Assembly (NCBI GenBank): GCA_964016885.1
Contig: OZ024742.1
Span: forward strand, 101,866,001 to 101,930,000
Length of the DNA stretch: 64,000 bases
DNA from: Eledone cirrhosa
Lineage: Eukaryota
Direction of reading: 5' to 3'
Below, one piece after another: positions 16,141 through 29,910 of the stretch. The notes beneath the pieces are model-generated. The model did not search any database. It was not told where the DNA came from and worked only from the letters and a program-made list of their open reading frames with translations. Positions within the stretch are counted from its first letter, which is position 1; every line of letters begins with the position of its first letter. The position numbers and the translations under genes were made by a program.

Positions 16141-17086
16141 ATAAAAACAAATAACGAAACAAAATTAAACCTCGTTTCGTTTGTAACTCACTTTTGTATG
16201 ACTGACGCTTAAACAATTAAGTTAAAAATGTACATCCACATATGTATACTGAAATACTAGTATGCATATGAATACACACACGTATACATATGTAGATGTA
16301 CCGAGTTTTTCACTGGTCACTTTACTGTGAGTGTCCAGCTATTCTGTATGTAAACACACAGACAAACCGGTTTTTAGAGTCATACTGGTTTTTGAGGAAA
16401 CACCTTTCCTCTATTCTCCAGAAAGCCAGACAAGGAATATTGAACTAGTTTCGATGTTGTTACATCTCATCAGCAATATTTACCTATCTTCCGGCCTCTC
16501 TAGAGAATCGTAAAAGCACATATCGTTATATGCTTTTTTTATGAAAATTAGTAGTGGGCAGACTAATTTGCATAGAGCGTGAGTACGTACCGGTTCAACG
16601 GAGACGATAAAAACAAATAACGAAACGAAATTAAACCTCGTTTCGTTTGTAACTCACTTTTGTATGACTGACGCTTAAACAATTAAGTTAAAAATGTACA
16701 TCCACATATGTATACTGAAATACTAGTATGCATATGAATACACACACGTATACATATGTAGATGTACCGAGTTTTTCACTGGTCACTTTACTGTGAGTGT
16801 CCAGCTATTCTGTATGTAAACACACAGACAAACCGGTTTTTAGAGTCATACTGGTTTTTGAGGAAACACCTTTCCTCTATTCTCCAGAAAGCCAGACAAG
16901 GAATATTGAACTTAATTGTTTAAGCGTCAGTCATACAAAAGTGAGTTACAAACGAAACGAGGTTTAATTTCGTTTCGTTATTTGTTTTTATCGTCTCCGT
17001 TGAACCGGTACGTACTCACGCTCTATGCAAATTAGTCTGCCCACTACTAATTTTCAAAAACCTCGCAAAACTAATTCATCGCCGTT
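16141..17086 (-). mobile_element. Non-coding HHR repeat family B: 466-bp period, ~1.65 units plus 148-bp inverted segment
   Basis: 16141-16442 is repeated at 16607-16908. 16909-17056 is the reverse complement of 16542-16689. Confidence 0.88.
16436..16480 (-). ncRNA. Hammerhead ribozyme motif, family B (canonical minimal type I)
   Basis: AATATTG-CTGATGA-GATGT(AACA)ACATC-GAAA-CTAG-TT-CAATATT: perfect stems I and II and a palindromic helix III. Confidence 0.9.
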
Positions 17087-17095
17087 ATATATATG

Positions 17096-17138
<43 letters not shown>

Positions 17139-17139
17139 G

Positions 17140-17180
<41 letters not shown>

Positions 17181-17182
<2 letters not shown>

Positions 17183-17365
17183 TTTGTTTCTGAATTTGTT
17201 TAGCAAGATTCTTTATCTGAAATCGTGTGTTGAAACCGATATTGTTATACTTTGGGAGGGTCATGTTGCCAATAAGAAACACACGGACCAGTTGCTTTCA
17301 CTTCAACTTATTATATATTTATAAATTTATAAGTTTATAAATCTATAAATTTCTTCCAAAGTATT
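17181..17365 (-). mobile_element. PLE pseudo-LTR/tail fragment (same family as 1606-1710)
   Basis: 17241-17340 matches 1605-1710 and extends ~60 bp beyond that copy's 3' end. Confidence 0.8.
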
Positions 17366-17409
17366 ACAATATATGTATATATATATATATGTATATACAT
17401 ATATATATG

Positions 17410-17445
<36 letters not shown>

Positions 17446-17454
17446 TGTATATAC

Positions 17455-17491
<37 letters not shown>

Positions 17492-17504
17492 TATATGTAT
17501 ATAC

Positions 17505-17588
<84 letters not shown>

Positions 17589-17641
17589 GTATATATGTAT
17601 ATACATATATTTATATGTATATATATATATGTATATATATA

Positions 17642-17722
17642 TATTGTTATACTTTGGGAGGGTCATGTTGTCAACACAAGATTTCAGATAAAAAATCTTG
17701 CTAAACAAATTCAGAAACGAAA
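17642..17722. mobile_element. Small inverted PLE tail insertion
   Basis: 17642-17670 equals the PLE 3' end on the minus strand. 17671-17722 is the reverse complement of ~17181-17233. Confidence 0.75.
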
Positions 17723-17744
17723 TATATATATATATATATATATG

Positions 17745-17789
<45 letters not shown>

Positions 17790-17792
<3 letters not shown>

Positions 17793-18120
17793 AAAAATCA
17801 GTGATGTGTCTAGACTCAGCTTATTGTGTTACAATTGTTTCGCCTGCAGATAGCTCGAGACACGATCATTGTATGGATCTGTCTGATTCTAGAACTGCTG
17901 GTTCTTCGGACACATGTAATGTTTTCGGAGCAAATTTTCTCAATGTGGTGTTAGCTTCAAAAAACACCTTCAAAAAACATCTTCCATTCCTGTCCTGTTA
18001 TTGGCTGTTGTTTTTTTACGTCATCATAAATTCTGGTCAATATGTGCTGCCATACTGGCTATGAGCTACTCTATGTCCGACACACTCCAATGGACTCGTG
18101 CTGGGTTTGGTATTTCACAA
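17790..18120 (-). repeat. Unclassified insertion with degenerate long-stem-II hammerhead (17825-17914)
   Basis: Minus strand: TGTGT-CCGAAGA-ACCAGCAG..45 nt..CTGCAGGC-GAAA-CAATTG-TA-ACACA. The core has a U4-to-C change. Confidence 0.5.
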
Positions 18121-18157
18121 TATATGTATGTATATATATGTATATATATATATGTAT

Positions 18158-18488
18158 ATCATCATCATCATCACCGTTTTACGTCCGTTCTTCCACGCTA
18201 GCATGGGTTAGACGGGTTGTCCTGTTGTGGGCAGTGTCTGGTCGGCTGACCATGCCTTGCTCATACAGGAACTGATCTGGCTTGATTTCTACAGCTGGAT
18301 GCCCTTCCTAACACCAACCTCATTTACAGTGAGTGCTGGGTGCTTTTTCGTGGCGCCTACACGTCCACTTTACAGTGTGGGCTGGGTGCTTTTTTGCCGT
18401 GGCACCTCCACGGCCACCTTGCGGTGGAGGGGGGGGGGGCATATTGTTTATATGCTTCAGCATGTACCCATGGGAGGTCGGGTACCCT
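18158..18488 (-). mobile_element. RTE 3' UTR fragment (second subfamily) with (GAT)n tail
   Basis: Reverse complement of ~41990-42303. Confidence 0.85.
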
Positions 18489-18489
18489 G

Positions 18490-18568
<79 letters not shown>

Positions 18569-18621
18569 GTGTATATATATATGTGTATATATATATGTGT
18601 ATATATATATGTATATATATG

Positions 18622-18652
<31 letters not shown>

Positions 18653-18654
18653 GT

Positions 18655-18695
<41 letters not shown>

Positions 18696-18733
18696 TATGT
18701 ATATGTATATATGTATATGTATATATATATATG

Positions 18734-18764
<31 letters not shown>

Positions 18765-18765
18765 G

Positions 18766-18810
<45 letters not shown>

Positions 18811-18811
18811 G

Positions 18812-18888
<77 letters not shown>

Positions 18889-18899
18889 GTATATATATG

Positions 18900-18984
<85 letters not shown>

Positions 18985-19015
18985 GTATATATATATATAT
19001 GTATATATATATATG

Positions 19016-19070
<55 letters not shown>

Positions 19071-19194
19071 GTATATATATATGTATATGTATATATATAT
19101 ATATGTATATATATATGTATATGTATATGTATATATATATATATGTATATATATATGTATATGTATATATATATGTATATATATATATATGTAT

Positions 19195-19242
<48 letters not shown>

Positions 19243-20111
19243 GTATATATATATATGTATATATATATGTATATGTATGTATATGTATATGTATATGTGT
19301 ATATATATATGTATGTATGTGTATATATATCTATTGTATGTATGTGTATATATATCTATTGTATGTATGTGTATATATATCTATTGTATGTATATATATA
19401 TATATATATATACATATGTATATATATGTATGTACATATGTATGTATATATATGTATGTATATCTATATATGTACATATGTATGTATATATGTGTATGTA
19501 TATATATGTATGTACATATGTATGTATATCTATATATGTACATATGTATGTATATATGTGTATATGTATATATGTATGTATATATGTATGTATATATGTA
19601 TATATATATGTATATATAAATGTGTATATAAATGTGTATATATATGTGTATATATATGTGTATATATATGTGTATATATATGTGTATATATATGTGTGTA
19701 TACATGTGTATATATATGTGTATATATATGTATATATATGTATATATATATGTGTGTATATATGTGTATATATATGTGTATATATATGTATATATATATG
19801 TGTATATATATGTGTATATATATGTGTATATATATGGATATATATGTGGATATATATGTGTATATATATGTATATATATATGTGTATATATATGTGTATA
19901 TATATATGTGTATGTATATGAATATATGTATATATATATATATATGAATATATGTATATATCTGTATATGAATATATGTATATATATATATATATATATA
20001 TGTATATCAACATATATATATGTATGTATATATGTATGTATGTATATGAACATATATATATATATGTATGTATATATGTATGTATGTATGTATATATGTA
20101 TGTATGCATAT

Positions 20112-20155
<44 letters not shown>

Positions 20156-20435
20156 GTATATGAATATATATGTATATATATGTATGTATGTATATGAATA
20201 TATATATATGTATGTATGTATATGAATATATATATATGTATGTATATGAATATATATATATGTATGTATATGTATGTATATGAATATATATATATAGGTA
20301 TGTATATGAATATATATATATATATATGTATGTATGTGAATATATACGAATATATATATATATGTATGTATGTGAATATATACGAATATATATATATATG
20401 TATGTATATGAATATATATATATATATATATATGT
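18489..20435. repeat. Compound TA/TATG/TATGAA microsatellite
   Basis: Directly visible. Confidence 0.95.
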
Positions 20436-20573
20436 GTGTCCAGAATTAGCCGTCGAAACGGCTTGAGCTCAGCTGTCGGGGTCTTACTGGTTCCTATTAC
20501 CCACTCTACTACCCCAAGTATTGAGTACTTTGGTGCGTTATGGTCCACCTGGTTCCTTACCACATTTCCTTCG

Positions 20574-20619
<46 letters not shown>

Positions 20620-20717
20620 ATGAATATATATAACTTTGAATAACTTTGAAATGTTTTGGCCAGTATTGGCCCAGGCCATGTCTAACTTAATAGCACCACC
20701 TGGCGAAGTCTTTCAAT

Positions 20718-23700
20718 TCAGGATTTGGGCACCATGGCCCATTCGAGAAGAGAATTACTGTTTGCGGAGACATATCCGGGTGTGGGTGGTTTGTCTGGGA
20801 TTACTTGGAGGAATTTGTCCAAAGACTTCTTGAATTTTGTGTGGTCAGTTTCTGTTTTGACGTGTCCTGGTGTGATGTTGAAGAGAGCAGGGCCGATTGA
20901 GGTGAAATAATTGTGCCGTATTGTTGTTATGAGTTGCGATTTAGATTTTTGAATGGGACCGATAGCACGGGGCCCAAGCCTTGGGTGTATCTTGAAGGCG
21001 ATGCCAACATCATTTGGGCAGTGATGATGGAACATTTTCCACATCATGCAGATAATATAACGCTCACGGCGACGTTGGAGTGAGTAAAGTTTCAGGTTTT
21101 CTAATCGACCCCAGTAGTCAAGGTCTGACATGCCATCTATCTTTTTCGTGATTGCCCTTTGAGGAGCTTCAAGTTTCATGATACTTTGTTTCGTGTGGGG
21201 AGACCACAGTGGACAACAGTATTCAAGGTGTGGTCGGGCAAAAGTAGAGAAGAGAAGGATAATGGTGCGGGAATCTCTCGACTGGAAGGTTCTGAGGATC
21301 CAGGAACACATTCTGCGGGCCATGTCAACTTTGCTGCTTATATGCGTGGTCCAGCTTATGTTGCTGTCCACGGTTACTCCCAAGTCTCTGATGTTGTTAG
21401 ATGCCATGAGAGTTTCCCCGGAGGGAAGGGAGTACGGGAGTTTCAGAGCATCCTCTTTTCCAAAGTGGATCAGTTCGAATTTGTCTTCGTTCAGTAACAT
21501 GTTGTTCTTTTTCCGCCCATTGGGTAACAGCCAGTAGGTCTGACTGAAGGCTTATCCGGTCATCCACGCCATTGATGACCTTTTGGAGCTTGGAATCATC
21601 AGCGAAAATTTTAATGTTGCTGTGTTTGATGATGTCAGTGATGTCATTAATATAGATGATGAAGAGAAGTGGGCCCAACACAGTGCCTTGTGGGACCCCA
21701 CTACTGACTTTGGCTGGGCTGGATTTGACTCCCTCAACTACAACATGTTGGGTTCTGTTTGACAGGAAGCTCTTGATCCACTGCAGCAGCTTTCCAGTGA
21801 CACCAATATTGGACAGCTTTCTCAGTAGAATGTTATGATCAACCCTGTCAAAGGCCTTGCTGAAATCAAGATAGATAACATCAGTGTTGGAACCCTCTCC
21901 CAAGGCTCTCAAAATGTCATCAAAGTGATGCAGTAGCTGCGTCAGGCAATCCCTTCCATTACGGAATCCATGCTGGTTGGAGTTCAGCATATTGTTACTC
22001 TCAAGGAAGTGGGTCATTCGCGATCTCACCACTCTCTCAAATACCTTAATGATATGAGAGGTGAGTGAGATTGGACGGTAATTCACGGCAAGGGATTTGT
22101 TTCCCTTTTTGAAAACTGGGACAACAGACTGGGATAGGTTTTCTGGCACATATCCAGCATCCAGTGAGTTCCGCCACAGATTGGCAAGAGGAGATGCAAG
22201 TTGGTGTTGACACGCCTTCAAGACACAAGCAGGGAACCTATCGGGACCTACTGCTGAATTATGCTTGATTTCCTTTATTGGCGCTAAGACATCAGGGGCG
22301 CCAAACGTTATGTCCGATAAGGTGTAATGGGGAGTAACATCGCCGATACAGCCCAGATCGGCCATATCAGGATTGCTGAAAACAGAGCAGTATTGTTTCT
22401 GCAGTATCTCACCCATGGTTTTAGCATTGTCTTGAAGAGTGCCATTTTCATCAATTAGAGGGCCAACAGTAGAGCCAGTGATTTTGTGTTTTTTTGCAAA
22501 TGAAAAGAACACTTTGGGATTGAGTTTGATCTTCTCAATGGCCCAGGCCTCCTCAGCTCTTCTCTGATTGTTGATGAGGGACATTATGTTGTTTTGGAGG
22601 TTATGTTTTTTAATCTCTAGTGATGAAATGGCAGTTAAGTTGATGTGTTGCTGCTGACAGTATTTCAGCTTGTTGATTTTTTTGTTCGTTCTCTTAATTT
22701 TTCTGATGAGCGTTTTTCTATTTCTAGGGATTCTGCTCTTAGATTTGTTTATAGTTCTTAATGGGGTGTGTTTAGCACATATGTTTGTAACAGTGTCCAC
22801 AAATGTCTGCCAGGACTTTTTGATGTTAGTGGGTGTATGAGTGTGCGTGAAGGACCAGTCGACATGTGCAAGATCATGACTGATCGCTTCCCAGTTTGCA
22901 TTGTGGAAATCCATAGCGTCAAACGGATGGACAGGAGAGATGACATTGGGTTTGTATATTGGACGGTGGAATCTCAGATCACAGAGAACCATGTCATGAT
23001 CAGAGAGTAGAGTTTTCTCCACTGCAATATTGTGGATATTGTCAGTGTGATTGCTGAAAATTAAGTCTAGGACGTTTTTGTGGCACCTCGTTGGTTCGAG
23101 CACCAGTTGGGATAGGAAGAAATCATCCATGAAGTCAAGAAGCGATTCCACAGCTTCCCTGTCAGAGGTTGAGGCAGAAGAACCTGGTGGCAGGCTGTTT
23201 GTGGACCAGTCAACTCCGGGGAGGTTGAAGTCCCCCATCATTAAGATGTTGTCAGGGTGACACTCTTGGATGAAACACTTTATGCTGTTGAGGCATTCCT
23301 TGAAGCATGGTACAGGCGTTTGGAGTGGCCTATAGAGCCCAACTACTAATAGGTTGTTGGTTTGACTGAATACAGTGACTGCCTCACAGTATCCATTAGT
23401 GAATATGTTCATAGCCTCTGTTGAGAAAGAATTATGGACATAAATGGCAGTTCCGCCCTTTCTTCTGCCAGCGCGATCAGCACGGATGGCTTTGAAATTT
23501 TTCACTTTCACCTCGGCTTCCAAGTGGAGGTTACTGAGATGGGTTTCAGTGAGGACGAAGAAAGGGATGTGGTTTGGATGGACATCAATCCAGTCCTCCA
23601 GGAATTTGATCTTCCATTTTTGAGTATTGGTGGAAGGGCTGATGCCTTGGGCGTTAAGCAAAAATGTAGAGGCGAGAGTGGATGGTTTTAATTGTTTTGG

Positions 23701-23736
23701 TGTGTTGTTAATTTGTTTGTTTGTTAATGGCAGCAA
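20718..23736 (-). CDS. ORF2: APE endonuclease and RT, with one frameshift in the homopolymer at 21508-21512
   Basis: [73 protein letters not shown]. Continues in the 20718-21500 frame (RDLGV, RPHLEYC..W). Confidence 0.9.
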
Positions 23737-24467
23737 TGGGAGTTTGTGCAGTGGGGTGATAGTGGAGGGTGGTGCTGGGTGATAGCTCGAATGTTTTTTT
23801 CCAGTACTTTTGCCAGATTCATTATGGCTAAAAAAGAGGAAGAAGTTTCCTGTTTAGAAGATTGTTGGTGACTGTGGTAGTGGTTATTTTTATGTAGGTT
23901 ATGGTTTTTGTTTTTGTTTTTATTTTTAATTTTATTTTCATTTGTCCGACGGGTCCCCGGGAGATGGGTAAAGGGACAATCCCGGTCTAAACACAATCTG
24001 TCTCGCAGGGAAAAGCGGCAGATTTGTGGATTCCTTGTTTGAGTTATTGGTGGTTGTGTTGGTGTTAAATTAGAGTATGTATTATGGTGGTGGCTGTTTG
24101 TGGGGATAGATCGTTTTGTCCTAGGTAAATGGGTGAATTTGCAGCCACTATCCGTACATATTCTATAGCGTAGAGAGTAGCGGCAAATGATGGGGTTTCG
24201 AGTGGGTGGGTATGTGGGTGTGTGTGTTGTGAGAGGTGTAGATGATGGTTTGGGTAGGATTTGACGACCTTTGTGGACTGTGGGAGGGAGAGTTCTTGTT
24301 CTGGTATTAGAAGGTAAATTCCTTGACATAGCAGTAGACAAAAATGTTGTAGTAGTAGTAGTAGGCAGAGATGTTGGCAGTGGTGATGATTGGACTGCTG
24401 GGCCAGAGAAAGGATGTGGCGTTTCATGCTGTGAGACAGAGGCTACTGGGGGGTCAATAGTTTCATT
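23724..24467 (-). CDS. ORF1 C-terminal part with two CCCH-type zinc fingers
   Basis: [19 protein letters not shown] and [19 protein letters not shown] within Pro/Thr-rich linkers. The stop codon overlaps the start of the ORF2 frame. Confidence 0.75.
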   Translation of the reverse strand, partial: NETIDPPVASVSQHETPHPFSGPAVQSSPLPTSLPTTTTTTFLSTAMSRNLPSNTRTRTLPPTVHKGRQILPKPSSTPLTTHTPTYPPTRNPIICRYSLRYRICTDSGCKFTHLPRTKRSIPTNSHHHNTYSNLTPTQPPITQTRNPQICRFSLRDRLCLDRDCPFTHLPGTRRTNENKIKNKNKNKNHNLHKNNHYHSHQQSSKQETSSSFLAIMNLAKVLEKNIRAITQHHPPLSPHCTNSHCCH

Positions 24468-25046
24468 ATATGTATATATATATATATGTATATGTATATA
24501 TATGTATATATATATGAATATATATGTATATGTATATGAATGTATATGTAAATATATGTATATATATATGTATATGAATATATATGTATATGAATATATA
24601 TGTATATATATATGTATGTATGTATATGTATGTATGTATATGTATATATGTATATGAATATATATGTATATATGTATATGAATATATATGTATATATGTA
24701 TATGAATATATATGTATATATGTATGTATATGAATATATATGTATATATGTATGTATATGAATATATATGTATATATGTATGTATATGAATATATATGTA
24801 TATATGTATGTATATGTATATATATATGTATATGTATATATATATGTATATGAATATATATGTATATATATATATATATGTATGTATGTGAATATATATG
24901 AATATATATGTATATATATATATGTATGTATGTATGTAAATATATATATATATATATATGTATATATATGTATGTATGTAAATATATATGTATATATATA
25001 TGTATGTATATGTATGTATATGTATATATGTATGTATATATATATG

Positions 25047-25093
<47 letters not shown>

Positions 25094-25354
25094 GTACGTA
25101 TGTATATATATATATGTACGTATGTATATATATATATGTACGTATGTATATATATATATGTACGTATATGTATGTATATGTATATGTACGTATGTATATA
25201 TATATATGTACGTATGTATATATATATATGTACGTATGTATATATATATATATGTACGTATACGTATATGTATATATATATATATATATGTACGTATATG
25301 TATATATGTATATGTACGTATATGTATATATATATATATATATGTATATGTACG

Positions 25355-25385
<31 letters not shown>

Positions 25386-25414
25386 GTACGTATATGTATA
25401 TATATATAAGTACG

Positions 25415-25447
<33 letters not shown>

Positions 25448-25710
25448 ACGTATATGTATATATATATATATATATATGTACGTATATGTATATATATATA
25501 TATATATGTACGTATATGTATATATATATATGTATATATATATATATGTATGTATATGTATATATATATATGTATATATATATATGTATGTATATGTATA
25601 TATATATATGTATATATATATATGTATGTATATGTATATATATATGTACGTTTCTGTATGTATATCTATATATATATAAATATATATATATATGTATATA
25701 TATATGTATA

Positions 25711-25787
<77 letters not shown>

Positions 25788-25812
25788 ACATATATATATA
25801 TATATATGTACG

Positions 25813-25846
<34 letters not shown>

Positions 25847-25860
25847 TGTATGTATGTATG
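24468..25860. repeat. Compound microsatellite (TATGAA and TACG variants, ending in pure (TATG)n)
   Basis: Directly visible. Confidence 0.95.
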
Positions 25861-28677
25861 TTTTCTCTTTCTCTTAATTTTGAGTATATTTTTTTGACCG
25901 GCCACCTTCCTGGTGGCAAGGTTGTAAAAGAAAAGAAATTGTCATCCCTTGAATCGCAAGAATGTTTTGCAAATTTTGAAGGTGCCAGCTATCGCAGCCA
26001 TTTGTAGACTATGAATTAGGGAGCTGCGCTTTTTGTCCGCAAATCCAAGTTCAGTCATACTTTGGTCCAAGCGGGTTGGTATATAACCCGTAGCTCCAAT
26101 AATGATGGGTATGAAGCTAAAGGTGTATCTTGGATACTGGATTTGTAAACTCCTCATCAATGGTCCGTAGATGTCCTCCTTCTCCTGTATTTTTCTGACA
26201 ACGTTTACATCAAGTGGGCAGCTGATCTCCACAACAGAACACGTTTCAATGTGTGGTCCCAAACTACAATATCAGGCCGGTTGTGCTTTAATCTGGTGGC
26301 AGTTTTTATTTTCAGGTTCCACCAGTATTCCTTAGTGCCATCTGTCTCAATATATTCTTCCTCGTTTGTTGTTAATTTTGTTTTCCGAAGTGCGTTCCAG
26401 ATGGTTCTAGCTATCCCATCGTGTCTCATGGGGAGGTAGTAGCGAGATGACATTCTTTCGCAGCTGGCAACAATGTGGCTTACATCCTCGATCTTTGTTT
26501 TACATAGCCTACATTTATTGTCAGCTGCTGGCCCTCCTCTTTTGTGCAGCAGATATTTGGTAGGGAGTTCTTGTTCCTGTATTGCATAGAGATATCCCTC
26601 AAGGTGTGATGTCATAAACTTGTCGGAACTCCATGCCAGGCTTTTTGAGTGGTTTATCCCCTCTATGGTCTGTGTTTTACGCCTCAAGTATCCATGCACA
26701 ACTTTTTCTGTAAATTGGTCAATTTTTTTTTCTTGTTTGAACATTGAATAGGATCTTCCGATTTCTCTGGGTGAGAGATTTATATCGGGCTTTATTCCAT
26801 ATCTCTCCTCCAGATCAGTCGCTATTCTAATGATATTTCTTTTTTCATGGTCATAAACCTGGGCAAGATGGTTGCCAACCTTTTTCCTCTGTTGAAGGTG
26901 TTGCTTCAGTGTCACTATCCGGGTCTCATATGTTGTTAATATTGATTTTAGACCCCGGCCACCTTCCTTGCGTGAGAAGTATAGCCTATCCACATCACCA
27001 TTGATGTTAAAGTTCCCAGTAACACTGAGAAGTTTTCGAGTTCTAACATCCATCTCACTTAGTTCTTGCAATGACCAGTTCAGTAGGCCAAATGTTGGCG
27101 TTAGAATTGGCACAGCATAAGTATTGTGGGCAATGTATTTGTTGTATGCTGACAGTTCTGATGACCATATTTTCTTTACTCTTCTGAGGTATTCAGTTCT
27201 GGTTTTCTCCTTATTTATGGGTCCATCATATCTGACATTCTCATCCTGTCCAAGATATCTGTAGTTGTCACCTGACTGCAGAGGTTGTATTGTCAGGCCG
27301 TTCATCTCTAGATTTCTAGAGGAGGGCACAGCTCTTCCACGTTTTACTGCCAAATATGCACACTTGGACTCACCAAATTTCATTTTGATGTCGGTTGAAA
27401 ATTGTGTAATGAGGTCCAATTGTTTCTTGATGTCATTGATATTTGGCCCATACAACTTCAGGTCATCAACAAAGAAAAGATGGGAGATACTTCTGGTCCC
27501 ACTTCTTTGTCGACCTTGTTTCCTGAGTAGGTAAGATAGTGGATTCAGTGAGAGAACGAAGAGAAGCACCGACAAGCTATCACCCTGAAAGATGCCCTTC
27601 TGGTAATGTATCTTATCAGTCCTAACCTGCTCCTTCTCACCCCTAAGGATCAAACTGGTGTACCAGTTCTTGGTCAGGCGTTCAACAGCAGCTACCAATG
27701 GTTGTGGGACTTTAGCTAACTGTAAAGCCTTAACAATCCACCCATGAGGTACACTATCAAATGCTTTTTGATAGTCCAGCCACACGACAGTCATGTTTCT
27801 GCGATTCTTTGTTGTTTTTTCCTGAATCATTTTGTTAGTTAGTAGGTGATCTATGCAACCCCACACCTCCCTCTTTCCACCAGCTTGCTCAGGTGTTATG
27901 ATGTTGTTGGTAGCACAGTGATCCTGTAAGAACAGGTTAAGGCACCCAGTATATAATTTATACATGATGTTTTGGCAGGCAATTGGGCGGTAATTTTTAG
28001 CAAGGGTGGTTTGGCTATTTTTGGGAATGAGGAGAGTAGAGGCAGTTGATAACCATCTGGGCAGTTCTTGTGTGCCCTTAATGGTTTCTGTAAACAGCCG
28101 TATGAGATCTTGCCGATAGAAAGTGAAATTCTTCAACCAGTATCCTATAATGAGGTCTGGGCCTGGCGATTTCCTATTCGACATTTTCTGTAGAGCTGTT
28201 TCCAGTATTGACCCATCTATGTCATATTGTTTTGTCTGGACATGTTGGCAGTAGTCCTGTTCCAGTTCTTTTAGCCAATTAGCTTGTCTGTTGAATCCGT
28301 CATCCGTTTCCCATACAGATCTCCAGTAGCTCTCAACCTGTTCTTTTGAAGGGGTGTCATTTACAGAGATTGAGCTTTTGCCACCGAAGCTGCGATAAAC
28401 TGATTTAGGATCTCTGGCAAACAATCTATTTAGCACTTGTCGTTTATGTGCTGTTGAATTATATTTTAGTCTTTCTGTTGTAGCTGTGAGTTGTTGTTTC
28501 AACTGGTGTAATTTGGAGTTCAAAGTTTTAAATTTTGTATCTCCAAATCTTCTCTCTAACTTTTTCTTTAGGTCTTCCTGGTGTTGTGTGAAGTTGCTCT
28601 CTATGTTGCATTTCATAACGACTGCGATGTGTGAGATACTTCGTCTCAAGGACAAAATTTTGGTTTTTAAATTTCGC

Positions 28678-28679
<2 letters not shown>
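25861..28679 (-). mobile_element. R4/Dong-like non-LTR retrotransposon (RT, CCHC, restriction-like endonuclease), 5'-truncated, inside (TATG)n
   Basis: Pure (TATG)n on both sides; ORF motifs as in the next feature. Confidence 0.88.
25942..28679 (-). CDS. RT-CCHC-RLE polyprotein with one frameshift near 26245
   Basis: [73 protein letters not shown]. Continues as EISCP..K..K..Y in the 25942-26262 frame. Confidence 0.88.
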
Positions 28680-28708
<29 letters not shown>

Positions 28709-29058
28709 TGTATGTATGTATGTATGTATGTATATATGTATGTATGTATATATATATATGTATGTATATATATATCTATGTATATATATATGTATGTATA
28801 TGTATATATATATATGTATGTATATATATATGTATGTATATATATATGTATGTATATGTATATATATATGTATGTATATGTATATATATATGTATGTATA
28901 TGTATATATGTATGTATGTATATGTATGTATATGTATATATGTATGTATGTATATGTATGTATATATGTATGTATATGTATATATATATGTATGTATATG
29001 TACGTATATGTATGTATATGTATATATGTATATATATATATGTATGTATATATATATG

Positions 29059-29108
<50 letters not shown>

Positions 29109-29425
29109 TGTATATATATATATGTACGTATATATATATATACGTATATGTATATATATATATACACATATATGTATATATATATATGTACGTATATATA
29201 TATATATGTACGTATATATAATACGTATATGTATATATATATATACGTATATGTATATATATATGTACGTATATATATGTACGTATATATATATATATAC
29301 GTATATATATATATACGTATATGTATATATATATATACGTATATGTATATATATATGTACGTATATATATATATATGTATGTATGTATATATACATGTAC
29401 GTATATATATATATATGTATGTACG

Positions 29426-29470
<45 letters not shown>

Positions 29471-29910
29471 GTATGTGTATATATATATGTATTTATATAT
29501 GCATGTATATATATATATATTTATATATATATATATATATGTATATGTAGTTATGTATGTATGTATGTATGTGTATGTATATGTATATATGTGTATGTAT
29601 ATATATGTATGTATGTGTATGTATGTATGTGTATGTATATATGTATATGTAGTTCTGTATGTATGTATGTATATGTATATGTATGTTTATATATCTATGT
29701 GTATGTATGTATATGTATGTATGTATATGTGTATATGTATGTATATATTTATATATATGTATGTATATATTTATATGTATGTATATATTTATATGTATGT
29801 ATATATGTATGTATATATGAATGTATATATTTATATGTATGTATATGTATGTATGTATATATTTATATGTATGTATATGTATGTATGTGTATATGTATGT
29901 ATATATATGT
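28680..29910. repeat. Compound (TATG)n/(TA)n/TACG microsatellite
   Basis: Directly visible. Confidence 0.95.

Larger units (their letters stand above)
20631..24467 (-). mobile_element. CR1-group (CR1/L2-like) LINE, 5'-truncated in ORF1, with (TTCAAAGTTA)2 tail
   Basis: Partial ORF1, then ORF2 (APE endonuclease plus RT), a short 3' UTR and a 10-bp tandem tail at 20631-20650. Confidence 0.9.
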
